The notes under the pieces are model-generated. The model made no database searches. It was not told the origin of the DNA and worked only from the letters and a program-made list of their open reading frames with translations. Both the position numbers and the translations under genes were made by a program. From Lama glama (Eukaryota): 64,000 nt of DNA. Positions within the stretch are counted from its first letter, which is position 1; each line of letters starts with the position of its first letter. Below are positions 1 to 14,512 of the stretch, piece by piece. Location of the stretch: assembly GCA_028534125.1 (NCBI GenBank), contig CM052816.1, positions 54,314,001-54,378,000 on the forward strand, given 5' to 3'.

Positions 1-479
1 TCAATAAAGGCCATTTAAATCAAAGAATTCATTTATTCATTTTTCTCAACAGATGCTTGCTGAGCACCTACTATGCACCAGACATGGTGCTTTACTATTT
101 ATTTTAAATATAGTAATTATCTTATAGAATCATTACAACAATCTGAAAGCTACATAGTGCCATCCCCATTTTACTGATGAGGAAATTTAAACTTGGAGAG
201 GTTTTACGCGTTGCAGCGTCCAAGAGCTAATAAATAGTGGAACATACTATGTGTTCCAAGATGGGGTGGTTTCAGTTTGTCAACGTTCTGTATTTACTGA
301 ACGGTTATGTGCAAGGCAGTGCCAGGCACTATAAAGGATATGAAAATGCTTTTAACAGTTTTTGGCACCCAGAAGCTTGTAAGTTAGTTAAAATAATACT
401 CTTGCTGTGTTAAAGAAATAAACTAAAACATCTATGAAACAGAGACAGAAAGAGAAAAAGTAGGGAGAAAAGGAGGCTA

Positions 480-760
480 CGAAACAGTTAAATGCCAGGT
501 ACTGCTAGATACTGTATACATTTTCTCCTCTAATCCTCATAACCACAAAGAGACGGGCATTGTTAATTCATTTTACAATGTATATGTCCATGAGTGACTG
601 AAAAATTGTGCTGAACACTGGAATTTGACACACATTGTAAAATGATTATAAATCAATAAAAAATGTTAAAAAAATTCATTTTACAGATGAAGAAACTGAG
701 GCTCAGAAAGATCAAATGAAATTTTCCTGAGTAGGCAAAAATACAGTCCATTCTAGAATC
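480..760 (-). mobile_element. MIR SINE interrupted by a short L1 tail
   Basis: MIR core 'cattttacagatgaagaaactgaggctcaga' and 'taatcctcataacc'. Confidence 0.75.
578..672 (+). mobile_element. Young, extremely 5'-truncated L1 3' tail (~95 bp)
   Basis: Nearly identical to the L1 3' end at 45715-45811. Perfect 13 bp TSD aattcattttaca (565-577 / 673-685) at a tt|aa site. Confidence 0.9.
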
Positions 761-1447
761 CAGGAAAGGGACCATGTAAGCAGCCGGGGGTCTGACTTTA
801 TGCCCCAGTGGCTGGGAAAGCCGCCAGCGGGGGAGGGAATGTGCGGTGTGTGTGCAGGAAGGAGAATTTTAAATCTTTGGTGGCAGACTGATTTTTCCCT
901 CTAATGATCAAAGAATTCCAGCTCTTTCAAATGTAGAAGTCATTAGGTCCAGTCCCCTCCTTTTATGGCTGAGGAAACCGAGAGTCAGATAGAGTCATGC
1001 TCAAGGTATGAGGTGAGGGTGAGGGCAGCTAAAACGGTGATTTGGTGCTCCTGGCTCCCAGGCGAGGGCCCGTCCCCATTTTCTCGTTGTATAGAGTCAC
1101 TGACTACTTCAAAGAAAGGGAAGACTATGGTCTAACAACTCGTGTCCACTGGACTTCCGGGCCACTGTGTATTTTGAGTGTATCTGCTCTCCACGGTTTC
1201 TAGCCAGCAAAAGAAACCAGGATGGGGAAGGCATTCAGCAGAAAAGGTTGCTATGAATAAAGATTCAAAACTTTTAAAGGGATCCTGCTTTTAATCTGAC
1301 TTTCTAACCTTTCAGTATCAGCACTTGGGTTTCAGCAATCCAAGTTCTGGGGTGGTGATTGTCAGTCCAGATTTCCTCCAAGTAATTTATAGACTTGAAC
1401 CCACAAATTCGTATAAGTGTATAAGAGTAAAATGGAAGTACTCTCAC

Positions 1448-1490
1448 CTGTCTGAGAATTGTCTCCTGAATCACGATGAATCTTGTGAAT
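1448..1490 (-). CDS. PDE8B: PDE8B coding exon (~exon 11), 43 nt: IHKIHRDSGDNSQT(E)
   Basis: Minus strand ACTTTAG|ATTCACAAG...CAGACAG|GTGAGA; matches the recalled PDE8B linker that follows ...NKQ. Confidence 0.95.
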
Positions 1491-4419
1491 CTAAAGTTGT
1501 TCAGAGGTTTGGTAAAGCAAGAGAAAGAGATTTCAAATACGGTATTAGTTACATTTCCAGCCAAACAATTTCATTAAAAACTGAAAAATTCCAGAAAGCA
1601 AGAAGTTGCACAGATAGTATGAACAGATGGAAGATGTACACCAGGTGATAATACTAAAAACGCTCTGTTACAGTCAGACACTACAGAATGGCTGAGCCTG
1701 ACAGTAGGGAGATGCCCAAGGGATGCACTTTCAGAGCAAGAATCTAGAGCTCCAGTCAGCTGTCCTCACTCTGACAGTCTGCAGAAATGCAGAAAGGCAA
1801 AAAACAGGATTTGAATAAGATTTTTATCAGGCTAATACGTAACCTGTTTATATTTCAGACATGTTATACATTTTTCCTGTCATATAAAAGCAATCTGAAT
1901 TTAAGCCTAGGATTTTTAAAAACCTTTCTGAAAAGCTCTTCAAAGGCTCCTCAATTACAGTCAGGTTCCTAAATGTTTCTTCACAAAGCCTGAACTTTAG
2001 ATTCAGTTTAGCACCTCGTTCTTTCTCATTATCAAAAACTTTCTGTGCTAATGCTCCATAAAAATCTGTCAACTGCTGAGTGAGGTCATTAACACTACAA
2101 GTGATGAATATGCTTTCCTTGGGGTTCTGCATTTCTTTTGTTTATAACTGAGGCTGTTGCTGGGCATGTCTAACTCGATCATGCTTATAATCATGCGGCT
2201 TTGCTGCTAAATCCACCTACTTCCAGTTTCTCAAACCATCACACATTTGTGGGCACTGAATGAATGGGATAAGCTAACCTGGAAAACAAGAAAGGTGAGA
2301 GTGTAGGACTTTATGAGGGAAGATTAGTTTGGTTTAGTAACATCAGCTCTAATAGTCAGAAGTTCCCTATATATCAGATACAGGTAAATGTTCCAGCTTA
2401 ATGGAACCATTCAAATATAAATGTAAAACTGAAGTGTTAAAATAGGGGTTTTCTATGAATTATTCTGCACAGTCCATTTTGCATAGTAACAAACATTTAT
2501 ATGGCCAGCCTATGTGAGGTCTTGGTCTTACATGTGACTAAGGGCTGTGACTCATTTATCCCATAATTACGGGGCTTTTTAATTTCTTCTGTGAACTGTT
2601 TTATGTTTTTCCTTTACAAATAAAGACAGTTTGCTACAAAGCTACTGAGTGGAGTACGAATTTTTGATCAAATGAACACAGCTTCTCAGTCGGTTAGCTC
2701 AAAAGCAAGTGAACTTTAAATGCTAACTTTTCTCTTTAAGTCACAATATATCTCTCCTTCAGGAACAAAGTCCCCTGGCTCCCAGATTACACAGAAAATC
2801 CCTCTCTTGTCTTTCATTGACCTCCACAGGCCAGCTGATTGAACTGTGAAGCTCCTAGGAGGTCGGCATGGGCTTTGCTTTCAATCTTAATGGAACCAGA
2901 TGAAGCCCAAGGTCCAGCAGATGCACAGTCCAACCCTGCCTGTGGGATGGAAATGTGCACTGGCCCCTGAGGGGAGAAGAGGGAACAGGCAGAGGGGAGA
3001 GGAGAGGTACCAGGTCCATCTGCTGAGGTGGCTCTCTCTCTCTCCTCTTAGGATGCTGCATTCGGCAGTTCTTGAGCTGAATACGCCACACACTCCCAAC
3101 CCTCTGCCCCTGAATTGCTCATCTGCCTCTGCTGGGCTCTTTCCTGTGGACAGCAGCAGACACTGGAAATACTCTCCACTGACCAACTGACTGACTGACC
3201 ATCCCCTGCTTCTCAAGCAGAGATTCTGCAGGGCTGTGTTGGCATCAGCGCCCAGGATCTTGCTTCATGATTTGCTTCATGATTTGTATGGAAAGCATCT
3301 GGTCTCAGGTTATCTATGTCTCTCTTCCAAATACCTCCCTTTTATAACCAAAGACTCACTTGAACGAAAAAGTTCTTTTAGAATTAGAATTTTCTTCTTG
3401 GATGTGTAAACCCACCTATCATTTATAACTTGGTATGAATGATTCCACTAAAATCATTTCCTCATAATTCCCAGCCAAGTACACTGAGGAAGCAAACACA
3501 CAATGGGTGCTTCTGTAGTTCGGCATCCTCTGGTGGGCAGCCAGGGGAGGCCCATGGGCCTGCGGACTGTGAGGGGAAGAGAGGAGGGAGCAGCTTGTCC
3601 TGTGACCAGCGCAGCCGCCTGTGAGAGACGGCCACTCTGCATCTGCAATCGAGTCATGACAACTCCCTCGCAATGGAGGGAAGGTCATTGCTCCTTCTGA
3701 TGGATGGAGAAGCTGAGGTTTCAAGAGGTTGAGAAACTTGCCTGAATGGCACAGCTGGCACATGGCCCACCCCAATTTCAAAGCCAGCTTTCTCTAGCTC
3801 TGAAACCATCTCCTCTTTGTTACGTGGTCTCTACAGTCAGGCCCCAGAGGGAAGCCCTGTCCCAGTCTTGTTAAACTGGGGCCTAAGGACAATATCCCCT
3901 GGTTCAGTGAAAGGCATCTGTTTGAATATCACTTCCTTTGTAATTTGGGGGAAGGTTTGAATCTGTGCTATCGAGTGGTTTTGTCACATGCACACTAAAG
4001 CAAAGAAATCATAATTCAATTTCCTGTGTCAGCCAGTCTCTCTGGAGTGTAGTGTTTTTGTTTTCCCTTTTGTAATGGAAATGTGTACAGTAGTGACTAG
4101 GAATTCTGCTATCGTGTGTCCCACAGGCTTCAGCACCAAGTTTCTGCACTGTGAGTACCACTCTTGCCAGAGCTCAAGACTGGAATTCCTTGGAAAGGCC
4201 TTGGAAGCTTACAAGCTGCTTTTGGAAAAAAAGTTCATAATTCCAATCTTTCAATTATTTAAAATGCTATAGGTTCCCACAAATGTTGCTGTCCTTGTGC
4301 TAAATGCTTTGTTTACAGACACCTGATTATGCCTGGCACTAAAAAGCACAACGGGGGTGTGTGTGTGTGACTCCAGAATCATCTGATTACTCTTTAAGAG
4401 AAAAACAATCATTTAAAAA

Positions 4420-5360
4420 CGATATCTTCTCTACACATCCACCAGAATGTCTAAAACTAAAAAGAACTTCTGTCAAATAAGTGGAACGACTGGAATTCTC
4501 AAATGTTCTTGGAGGGTGTATAAAATTGCACAATCACTATGAAAAAGGTCTGGCAGTTTCTTATAAAATTAAACATAGGCCTACCCTATGACCCAGCTCC
4601 TGAGTCTACTCAAGAGAAATAAAAGCATATAGTCACAAAAAGATTCACCTGAGAATGTTCAGAGGAGACCCAGACAGCCCAGAAGTCCATCAACAAGAGA
4701 AATTAACTATGGTAAATTGACACAATGGAATACCACTGAGAAGTAAAAAGGGGGAAAAATTACTGATAACATACAACATGGATGAATCTAAAAACGTGGA
4801 TGATGAGTGAAAGAAGCCAGCACAAGAGTAGACACTGTGTACAGCTCTAGAACAGGCAAAACTAATCTGTGGTGAAGTAAGCCTGAGCTGAGAAGTAATC
4901 TCCGGGGCTGAGAAGGAAGGACCGGAGGCAGGGATAGCTGGGAAGGGCCTGAGGGAGTGTCTGAGATGGAAAAGTTTGGTGTCTTAATGGGGTCTGGGTT
5001 CCAGAGGCACATGCATTTGCCAAACCCAAGGATGTTATACTTAAGTGTACATTTTACCATATGTAACTTTTACCTAAAAATGAAAACTGATAACAAATAT
5101 TAACGTCCAATTAGTAATATGCATGCCAAAGTACCAGGGGTGAAATGTCCTGATGTTTGCAACTCAATTTGAAATCTATCCAAGAATAAGATGGACTGAT
5201 GGATGAATCGAGGGATGGATAGATGAATCCATAGATATATAGACAGATAGATGGTTGAGCAAAATATTAACTATAGGACCTAGGTGGTCGGTGCATATGT
5301 ATTACAATTCGTCTAACTCTTTTATATGTTTGAAAAATTTCATAATAAAATGTTGGGAAG
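4420..5360 (+). mobile_element. Ancient L1M (L1MC/MD/ME-like) ORF2 end and 3' UTR
   Basis: Degenerate 'ggcagtttcttataaaattaaacata..ctaccctatgacccagc' and 'acaacatggatgaatct' L1M motifs. Confidence 0.8.
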
Positions 5361-6069
5361 ATTTTATGTTCAACTGAGAATACAGATTGATGGCTAAAAA
5401 CCGGAAGTCTGAAACATAATTTTAAAATCTGTGTAAATAAATTAGACAGAAAAAAACTCAGAACAGGCTGAAATTGAGCAAGGTGGAGTGCCATGTCACG
5501 GTCCCTGGGACTCCCCGCCACAAGCCCAGGCGTGAGGATGACGTTCCACTGCAAACCACAACCGAGGAATGTAGACAGCAGCTGGCAGTTTTCGAAGTAT
5601 ACGATTTACCTAGGTAACTATTTAATACATTGATTTTAATACTCATTGATCGATTTTGTGAATTATACAGTTACAAGTGAATGTAAACCAGGATATCTCT
5701 TATGGGAGAAAAACTCAGAAATAAATATATGAAAACATCCCTCTGACTATGATATGTTAAAGTCAATTTTAAAAAAAGAAAAGAAAAGAAAAACCATGAG
5801 ACTTTTCAGCAATTAAAATGAGTCAAGGCCAGGATCAGCACAACAACAAGGTAGTGAGCAAATAAGTACCAGGCACCTCCTTAACCTTCACTTCAGAACC
5901 GCCTTGGGGGGACGTGAACAGCATTTGGTAGAAATGTCTGGATCTCCTTTTGTCATCACTAAATGACAAAGTCATACCAGGCATCAGTCACAATTAAAAT
6001 CACCAGATACCCTGGGATGTGACCCTGGGGGGTCATTCTCCATGCGCCCTTCTCTCATCTGCATGACTA

Positions 6070-6810
6070 GTCCATCATCAAATCCTGGAAAATCTCACTT
6101 CTACATACCTCTGGATTACCCACTTCACTTCTCTCCACTGTCAAGAGTACAGGCTACCATCAGCTCTCATCTGAACTCGGCAGTAACCGCCCCCGACCCC
6201 AACCTAGCCCATTCTCAACTTTTCAACCAGTGTGATCTTGCAAAACTGGACATTTAATCCTGTCATTCTCCTGCTTAAAACCACATTTGCCATTGGTTAG
6301 GGTCATCCCCACTTGACAACCTGGATTTGAGGCTCCGCAGCGTGGCCTGGCCCGGCCCCTGCCAGCTCTCCGGATGCACCACTGACCCCTGCCGCTCAGT
6401 CCTGGGCTCTCAGCCTGCAGGCCACACTGCCATCCCTCTCATTTCCCCATGGTCTTCACTACCCCAGAGCCTCCTCATGTGTAACTCCTGCCCAGAAAGC
6501 TTCCCAGTCCACTGTCTTCCTTCTGCCTGTCTGTGCTCCAGATCTCAGCTGAGAGGTGCTTTCTCAGGGAAGCCTTCTCAGACATTTCCTGCCCATCCAG
6601 TCCCTCATGAGGTTAAGTCCTTGTGTCACATGTTCTCAACGGACTTTTCCTTCATTGCATTTTTTACAGTTCAGAACTTTTTACTTATTTGATGTCTGTT
6701 CTCCTTCCCAACTCTAAATTCTACTTTTAGCAGGAGTTATGTCTCACGTGATTACCTTTGCAAACTGAGTGCTAACACAATACTTGTACACAGAAGTTCA
6801 ATAAATACAA
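6070..6810 (+). mobile_element. L2 LINE 3' fragment
   Basis: 'tcctgcttaaaacc', 'tctcagggaagccttctc' and terminal 'ttcaataaata' L2 motifs. Confidence 0.7.
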
Positions 6811-8599
6811 GTCCATAAGAGACTGAGATTAACCAGGTTCTTCACCTTATAGCTTGTGGTGAAAACACTGTTATTAATGATTTGACTCATATTGGTCTTT
6901 GTTGATTATACTTAATACTGATGTCTCTAAAGTGTTTCATGGTAGAATATTGATAAGGAAGTTTTCCATAAAATGTGTGTATTTTTTAAAAAAGCAAATA
7001 CAGTACTCCTTGAAAAAATACATCCATGTGCTCCCCTAGTGCCAAATCTATGACAGGCAAAAGGGTTGGGGTGACGGTGAGAAATCAAGGCCATCAAATA
7101 ACCTGTGTGCACCCTCCCCCCTAAACCGGTTCCCGTGCCTCAGAGAGATTCTCTGTTACGTTTCTTACTGTAATCTATGGAGTAATAAAAATCGGTAGGT
7201 AGTATTTTAGAAAACAAAAGGGTTGTCCAAATCCGTACATACATTCGTAATGGAATGATAAGTGACTGAAATATTTCTTGGTTATGCAGAAGAGTGCTAG
7301 CATTGATCAAAGTTTTCAACTTTGAAAATTTGAAACAATATTGTTTCATTGTTTTTGTGTTCCCAAATCCCAAATATTATGAAAAGGGGTAAAAATCTGG
7401 TTAAAATGAAGAAAAGCACTATTCTCTTAAATAGTCAGTGCAAGCAATCCTGAAGACTGAACACTGCTAATCAACAACTTCAGGACAAAACCAAACGTAA
7501 TGAATGGAGTCTGAACGCTGGATGAGAGACCTCATCTTGGGAGCTGAGTCATTTGAGACCCGCCCTTCATTTACATGTAATGAAAATGACAGTGGGAGTG
7601 GTGTGATACAGAATTTCTTTGATCATCTTTCTTCACTGAAAACACTTTGATGAGTATTTCCCCAGACAGTACAAGCATCTGATGCATAGATCAAAGATCT
7701 TCTCTGTCTGCTCTATTTTCAAAAACTACTTAAAGATACACTTCTCAAAATTCCCAAACAGCAAACAAACACCAGTGTTACCCAAACACTGAAAGAAAAC
7801 TCCTCATGCAACACTCTGGGTCCTGGTCCTCAATGGTTACCTTCACATAAACTGCTAACGCTATGGACATACTGTTGCCACTGTTTTCACGTATCCTCAG
7901 TCTGGTTTCGCAGAGCCCCGCGGCACCGAGACAGAAGGGAACCGCTCGGATGCCGATCTTGATACCTGGTGTCAGATCTCCTCACTGCAGTTAATTTTAT
8001 GAACCTAGAACACTCCATACAACATCATTTCTCCCCTTTTATCTCGATGGTAATTTAAAATGTTACTTATATCAAAGCAACATGCATTGGTTTGATATAA
8101 ATGAAAATACATATGAGTATTGAAGGTTACACAAGATTGAAAAGGAAAATCTCAAGTTGGTTCCCCACCCCCACCCCACCCCCAGGTAATTTGCTGTATA
8201 CGAGACAAGTGCAGAAATAAGTATCTCCTCTGCTGGTATATTTTCTTGGAAAAATTTAAGCATCCCTCTCTTGCAGTGCCAGACCTAACAAGTTCAGGTC
8301 TCGCTGGTGTCCCCAGGTCTGGATCTCTCCTACCGCAGTGCTAGCGCCCACTGGCCTTACATTCAACACGCGCTTGCAAAGAGCCTTTACAGAGGGCTCC
8401 CATCACGTAGTCCAGTGATAATCATTTTTGTATCCTCATCTCACAGAAAAACACTTAACACAAGCTACCACTCAGGCTTAGGTGTTCTATCTTTTTTCCT
8501 TTGTCCAGTTTCTCTTTCAGTGGCTTTCAATACCTACAGCATAAGCACTAGTTGGCTTCATACCTGGCAAATACTGAGTTCTCTAATACGGAAATATGA

Positions 8600-8770
8600 C
8601 AATGATTCTCAAACTTCAGTATGAGTCAGAATCACTCCAGAGCCTGTTAAAACTGCTAATCAACAACTTAAAACAGGTTTTAGGGCCCCACACCCAGTTT
8701 CAGATTCACGAGGTCTGGGGGGGAGGTGTGTGCCTAGAACGTGGATTTCTAACAAGCCCCCGGTGAGGCC
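8600..8770. mobile_element. MER5A-like hAT MITE
   Basis: 'ttctcaaacttcagtatgagtcagaatcac...gggccccacacccag...atttctaacaagcccc'. Confidence 0.7.
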
Positions 8771-9149
8771 GGGGCGACTCCTGACGCCTCCCTGCTCAGC
8801 GTGCCCTGTGCCCCAGCAGCACTGGCGACCCCCGGAGCGTGTTAACTCTCCCAACTCTCAGGCTCACTCTAGACTCGGAATCAGGATCTACATTTTAACA
8901 TGTAATCGCTAAGTGACTTGATCACACATTTCAATTTGAGAAACACTGATTCAGCTGCACAAAGAGAAACTTTACAGAGGCTTGCCAGCAGATCTTTTGA
9001 TGTCTCAGCTGTGCACACTTAGAGCTTCACTGTCTCAGTTTCCTTATGGGTTAATGGGGACCAAGGCCTGCTCCTCAGGATCTACAGGGATCCAGTGAAA
9101 TAATGTGTGCACAATGCCTTGCCCACTGGCTCTCAGGCTGGTCTTCACA

Positions 9150-9310
9150 TGGAATCACCCGGAAGGCTTGAGAAACCACACTGCTGTGCTCCGCCCCCAT
9201 CATTTCTGTCTCAGTAGGGCCAGGCCAGGGCCTGAGAATCTGCATTTCCAACAAGTTCCCTGTGAGGCTGAGGCTGCAGATCCAGGGGCCAGACTTTGAG
9301 AAGCCCTGGC
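9150..9310. mobile_element. MER5A-like hAT MITE
   Basis: 'ggaatcacccggaag...gggcctgagaatctgcatttccaacaagttccc...actttgagaagcc'. Confidence 0.75.
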
Positions 9311-12300
9311 CCAGCCCACAGAGGGTGCCCAGACAGTGCTGGACCCCTCTGCTGGCTCCGACTGCTGAGAATCTGGACACAGTACTGCCTGCTATTTCAG
9401 GACTGATTTTAGTTTACAGAAATCATTTCCTTTAAGGCAGACACACAAGGAGCACATTTGTGTTTCTCACTTTCATGCCATCATCCCTCTAGCCCGTGTC
9501 CCCTCCCTGCTCAGCGACACAGAGAAACTTACATTAAATCGCCCCAGAAAGAAACTTCATTTTGCTTAAAGTTTCTTGTTCTCAATGAACTGTCCATGAC
9601 TGAGGGCACTTTTGCTAAACACTCTGTTGTGTACACTCATATGCCTGCTAGATTCTGTCCAGAGCATGCGGGAACTGCAAAGACCTAACAGGTTCCCACT
9701 CCTGTTACCCCAGCGCTCGACAGAGTCCTTAAGCTGCTTGATGACACCAGGGCCTCGCTTGCGCCGAGGTTAGCAAAAGACAGAAGCCATCAGCAGGACC
9801 CTGCTTACTCAGTCAGGCCCTGAGAAAGCTCGCGTTGAGGCGGGGACAGCACAGGGAAAAACTGGTAACGGTGAGAGGACAGGATTATAAAACAGCTTTG
9901 TCACTGTGTCCTGAGGCTCTGAAAATGCTGTTCATTAGAATCTTTGTTTACATTTGGTGAACGATCACCCCCAGGAGAAAAAGGGCATCTCTAATTGATA
10001 CCTCATCTTCTAACTCAACTCGAGGAATACTTACTGGACCTGTGCGGCAAAGATGGTCAGGACCTAACCCCTGCTCTCAAGGGACTTACTCACAGGCACC
10101 AAAAACCAAGTACTGTCACAATGACTTTGTTTATTCTGTGTTTGTTGTGCGTACACTGTGTGTCAGGCAAGGTTCCAGGCCTTGGGGATGTGACAGAAAA
10201 CAAGAGAGATTCTCAGGAAACTGGTTCAGAAGTGCCAAAGACAGCATTTCACAAAGGGTGTGATGCTCAGGGGTTAAAAGGGAAGTTGAGGGCCTTCCAA
10301 AACTTGATGCTAAATAACCTCGAATCACATATTCAAATCATTTGCCCTTCAATGTTTTTCCAAGCCCTCTGAGTTTATCAAGGAGAAAGCCTCAGGTTGG
10401 TGCTGGTGAGTCCTTAAACACCGACCCCTTTCTAAGGAGAGGGTGCTCAGTCTCAGAACTTTGAACCAACAGCAATAGCCGTCCAGATGTACCAACACCG
10501 TGGGGTTTTTTCTTATATCTGTTTTACTGATCCCTTCCATTATGGCTAGTAATTACGGTATTCCGTTGTATGGCAGCAATTACTGTGGTGATATCAAGTT
10601 TTAAAAGTGACTCCTTCTAAAGAAAAACGTTAGACATGAATAGGTCAGGTGGTGCCCGGATATGGCACTAATCAACGCCTGGAGCGAAGCATGGGAAACG
10701 GCCCTAAGTGACATGCGCATCCTCGGCCCCCCAAGTGCCCTGGCTTCTGGGGGAGGAGTCAGGCCTGAGGGGGATTAGGTTTCCTGGGGGAGACTGAGAA
10801 GCATGGCAGGGTGTGGACGGGCAGGCAAGTAGCACAGTGATGATGACTTAGTCACCTTCAGCTCTAGCACTGATCACACTGGACAGAGGTTTAGCTGCAA
10901 AAGGCTTTCTTTGAATTAACTCACAAAATATAAATCAGGTAAAGCAGAGCTGTTTCAGTTGGAAGGGCAGGTGGGGGAGGAGGCCTAGAGCTCCTTATCC
11001 CTGGCCCCTTCCTTCCTCTGAGGAAGCCGAGGGCTTCCTTTAACAGAGTGGAAGCAGAGCCAGAAACACCCCCGATTTCAGAGAGGAGTGAGCTGCCACT
11101 CAGCCTGGCTGACACTGTGGCAGGGGAGGGGGGCAGCGCTGCATCGGCTGGAGAGGCTGCAGAGTGACGGGCCAGCAGCTGGGTGGCCCTGGCAGGCCCG
11201 GCCCCCACTAAGCTGGCTTCCTCATATGTCAGATGGATGGGTCCGTGCCCAGTGGTGTGAGACGCGGCTCCCAGCAGCCATTGCCACCAAATTCTCAGAG
11301 GCGCCCTGTGCACAGCCTTGAGCTGCCTGTGCCTCCCGTGGCTGTTCCTGCCTGGAACACAACAGCCATTTCCGGTCCGAGGCTGCAAGTCTGAGGGTGG
11401 ATGCCACCTGTTTAGAAATACTAGTAAATGACACCATTAACCTCATTTGGTCTGGAAACGCTCCCTTAGGAATGAAGGCACAGAGGAGTATTAAACACCC
11501 CTCCTCTGCCCTAATAAAGGGTAACAAGGTGGATGAATCAAGCAGCATTCTTATTCTTTTTTTTTTTTTTTAGAAGTATACGAGTCCCATGTGGCATGGG
11601 CAGTTTTTTCCCTTTCAAACAGTAAAAATCCCACTCAAGCCCAAGCAAGAGCATCGTTACTGGAAGGCTGTAGCTGTAACATTTCCTTCAAGTCAGTAAT
11701 GGCTGTGAGTGGAGCTCTGTGATGACAGGCTAGTGCAGGAGGATGTTACGGGCAGATTTAATTTTCTGGGGTGGCCTGGCTGATGGAAGGGAGACAGGAA
11801 CAGAGGGCATCAGAGAGTCCTGAGATAGTCTCTCTCTGAACAAAGAGATGGAGTTTTATTTCCTCTGTCCTAGCTTGCTGGCTTACAGATTTGGTACTAT
11901 TAAGGCTGAAAACGTACCAGAAGAGCCTGTCTGAAATTCCTGTCTCAGAGCAGCTGGAAACCTAAACAGATTTAAAATTTAAATACTTTTTGTTAAAGTT
12001 TTGGTCCTGTCCAGGTAACAATTTATTTGCGATCATTTAGACTGGTCCACCTGTCCAACCTGGCCCTCTCTGTCTGGGGCTGTTTATGTGCAGCCCTCAT
12101 CACCAGAAGGTTCTCACCGCAGCACTCATGCCCTAGGGCCCTCAGGCTCCCTGAGGAGATGAACCTACCCCTCCTTGACACTGCAGGCGGGTCTGCTTCA
12201 GGACAGAAGGCAACGTGGCACAAGTGCCGGGGCCTGTTCCGCACCCTCCCGAGAGATGTCAGGAGAGGGGCCTGGAGACCCGTCAGGGGCAGCAGCACAG

Positions 12301-12883
12301 CATCTGAGTCATCACATACGTGGCAACTGTTCTGCAAGTTTCCTGGGAAGGAAGCTGCTTTGCCCCCAGGAACTAAAAGTCCACATTAGAAAAAAGCCAT
12401 TTCTCAAGAATTAGAGACCGTGGAGTGGCGGTGTATGTGGGAGAGACGGCAGTCTGGTTCAGTCTGCAGCCTGCAGGCCGTTCAGACTCCTGCTGACCTG
12501 TCCCAAGGGAGGGGCCCAGGCCGAGTGTGCGGGGATGTGCCCAAGCGCACAGGGCTGGAAAGGGGCAGCGTGAGGGCAGAGCTACTGTGCGTGCAGCCTT
12601 CTTATCAATCTTCCGTGCTCAGAAATGGCAAATATTTCAGAAAAGTTTCTCTTAATTTCTTTAAAACATATGTGTTTAAGGCAAAATCATAACATTGTCT
12701 TGTGGGGTTTATAACGTATATAGATGTAATACATATGAAAAATATAGGAAGGAGAGTGGTAAGTGGACCTTACAGTTGCCAGGTTTCTATGTTTCACATG
12801 AAACAATATTAGCTCAAGTTGTCTGTGTGACGTTAAGGATGTATATGAAAACTCCTAGAGCAACTATTAAAAAAATGCAAAGG

Positions 12884-14512
12884 TCACAAACCTAGAACAA
12901 ATAATCCTAAAGTTTATATGGAATCACAAAAGACCCAGAATTGCTAAAGCAATACTGAAGAAAAAGAACAAAGCTGGAGGAATAACCCTCCCAGACTTCA
13001 GACAACACTACAGAGCTACAGTCATCAAAACAGCATGATACTGGCATAAAAACAGACATATGGATCGATGGAACAGAAGAGAACCCAGAAATAAACCCAC
13101 AGACCTACAGTCAATTAATCTTCAACAAAGAAGGCAAGAATATACAATGGAGTAAAGACAGTTTCTTCAGCGGGTGGTTCAGAAAACTGGACAGCAGCAT
13201 GTAAATCAATGAAGTTAGAACACTCCTTCACATCATCGAAAAAATAAACTCAAAATGGCTTAAAGACTTAAATATAAGACAAGACACAATACATCTCCTA
13301 GAAGATAACATAGGCAAAACATTCTATGACATAAATCTTAGCAACGTTCTCCTAGGACAGTCTACCCAGGCAACAGAAATAAGAGCAAAAATAAACAAAT
13401 GGGACCTAATTAAACTTATAAGCTTTTGTACAGCAAAGGAAACCATAAGCAAAACAAAATAACCTTCAGAATGGGAAAAAATATTTGCAAGTGATGCAAC
13501 TGACAAAGGTTTAATTTCCAGAATATATCAACAGCTCATACAACTTAATAACAAAACCCCAAAAAACAAACAACTCAATCCAAAAATGGGCAGAAGACCT
13601 AAACAAGTAATTCTCCAATGAAGACATACAAATGACCAATAGGCACATGAAAAATGCTCAATATTGCTAATTATCAGAGAAATGCAGATCAAAACTACAA
13701 TAAGGTATCACCTCACATCAGTCAGAATGGCCATCATTAAAAAATCTGAACGATAAATGCTGGAGAGTCTGTGGAGAAAAGGCAGCCCTCCTACACTGCT
13801 GGTGGGAATGTAGTTTGGTTCAGCCATTATGGAAAAAGTATGGAGAGTCCTCAAAAAACTAAAAATAGACCAAAAATTCCCCTCCTGGGCATATATCCAG
13901 AGGGAACTCTAATTCAAAAAGATAATGCACCTCAGTGTTCATAGCAGCACTATATACAACAGCCAAGACATGGAAGCAACGTAATGTCCACTGATAGGTG
14001 ACTGGATAAAGAAGTTGTAGTATATTTATACAATGGAATACTACTCAGTCATAAAAAAGATTAAACTAATGCCATTTGCAGCAACATGGATGGCCCTGGA
14101 GATCATTATTCTAAGTGATGTAAGCCAGAAAGATAAAGAAAAATACCATATGATATAACTTATATGTGGAAACTAAAATAAAAAAAGAAAAAAAGTACAC
14201 TAATGAACTCATCTACAAAACAGAAACAGACTCATAGACCTAGTAAACAATTTTATGGTTACCAGGGGAAAGAGGGTGGGAAAGGATAAATTTGGGAGCT
14301 TGAGATTTGCAAAGGTTAACCATTATATATAAAAATAGATAAAAAACAAATTTCTTCTGTATAGCTCAGGGAACTGTATTTAATATCTTGTAATAACCTT
14401 TAGTGAAAAAGAATACGAAAATGAATATATGTGTATATGTGCGTGCCTAGGACATTATGCTGTACACCAGAAATTGACATTGTAACTGACTGTATTTCAA
14501 TAATCTTCTTTT
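12884..14512 (+). mobile_element. Younger 5'-truncated L1 (ORF2 C-terminal part and 3' UTR)
   Basis: Well-preserved ORF2 sequence with frameshifts; candidate TSD aaaaatgca at ~12871-12879 and ~14513-14521. Confidence 0.9.

Noticed and set aside
3259..3286. Short tandem duplications (ttgcttcatgat x2; similar at ~14682-14720, ~18160-18200, ~36851-36882)
   Set aside because: Two-copy slippage events, not arrays; nothing CRISPR-like.
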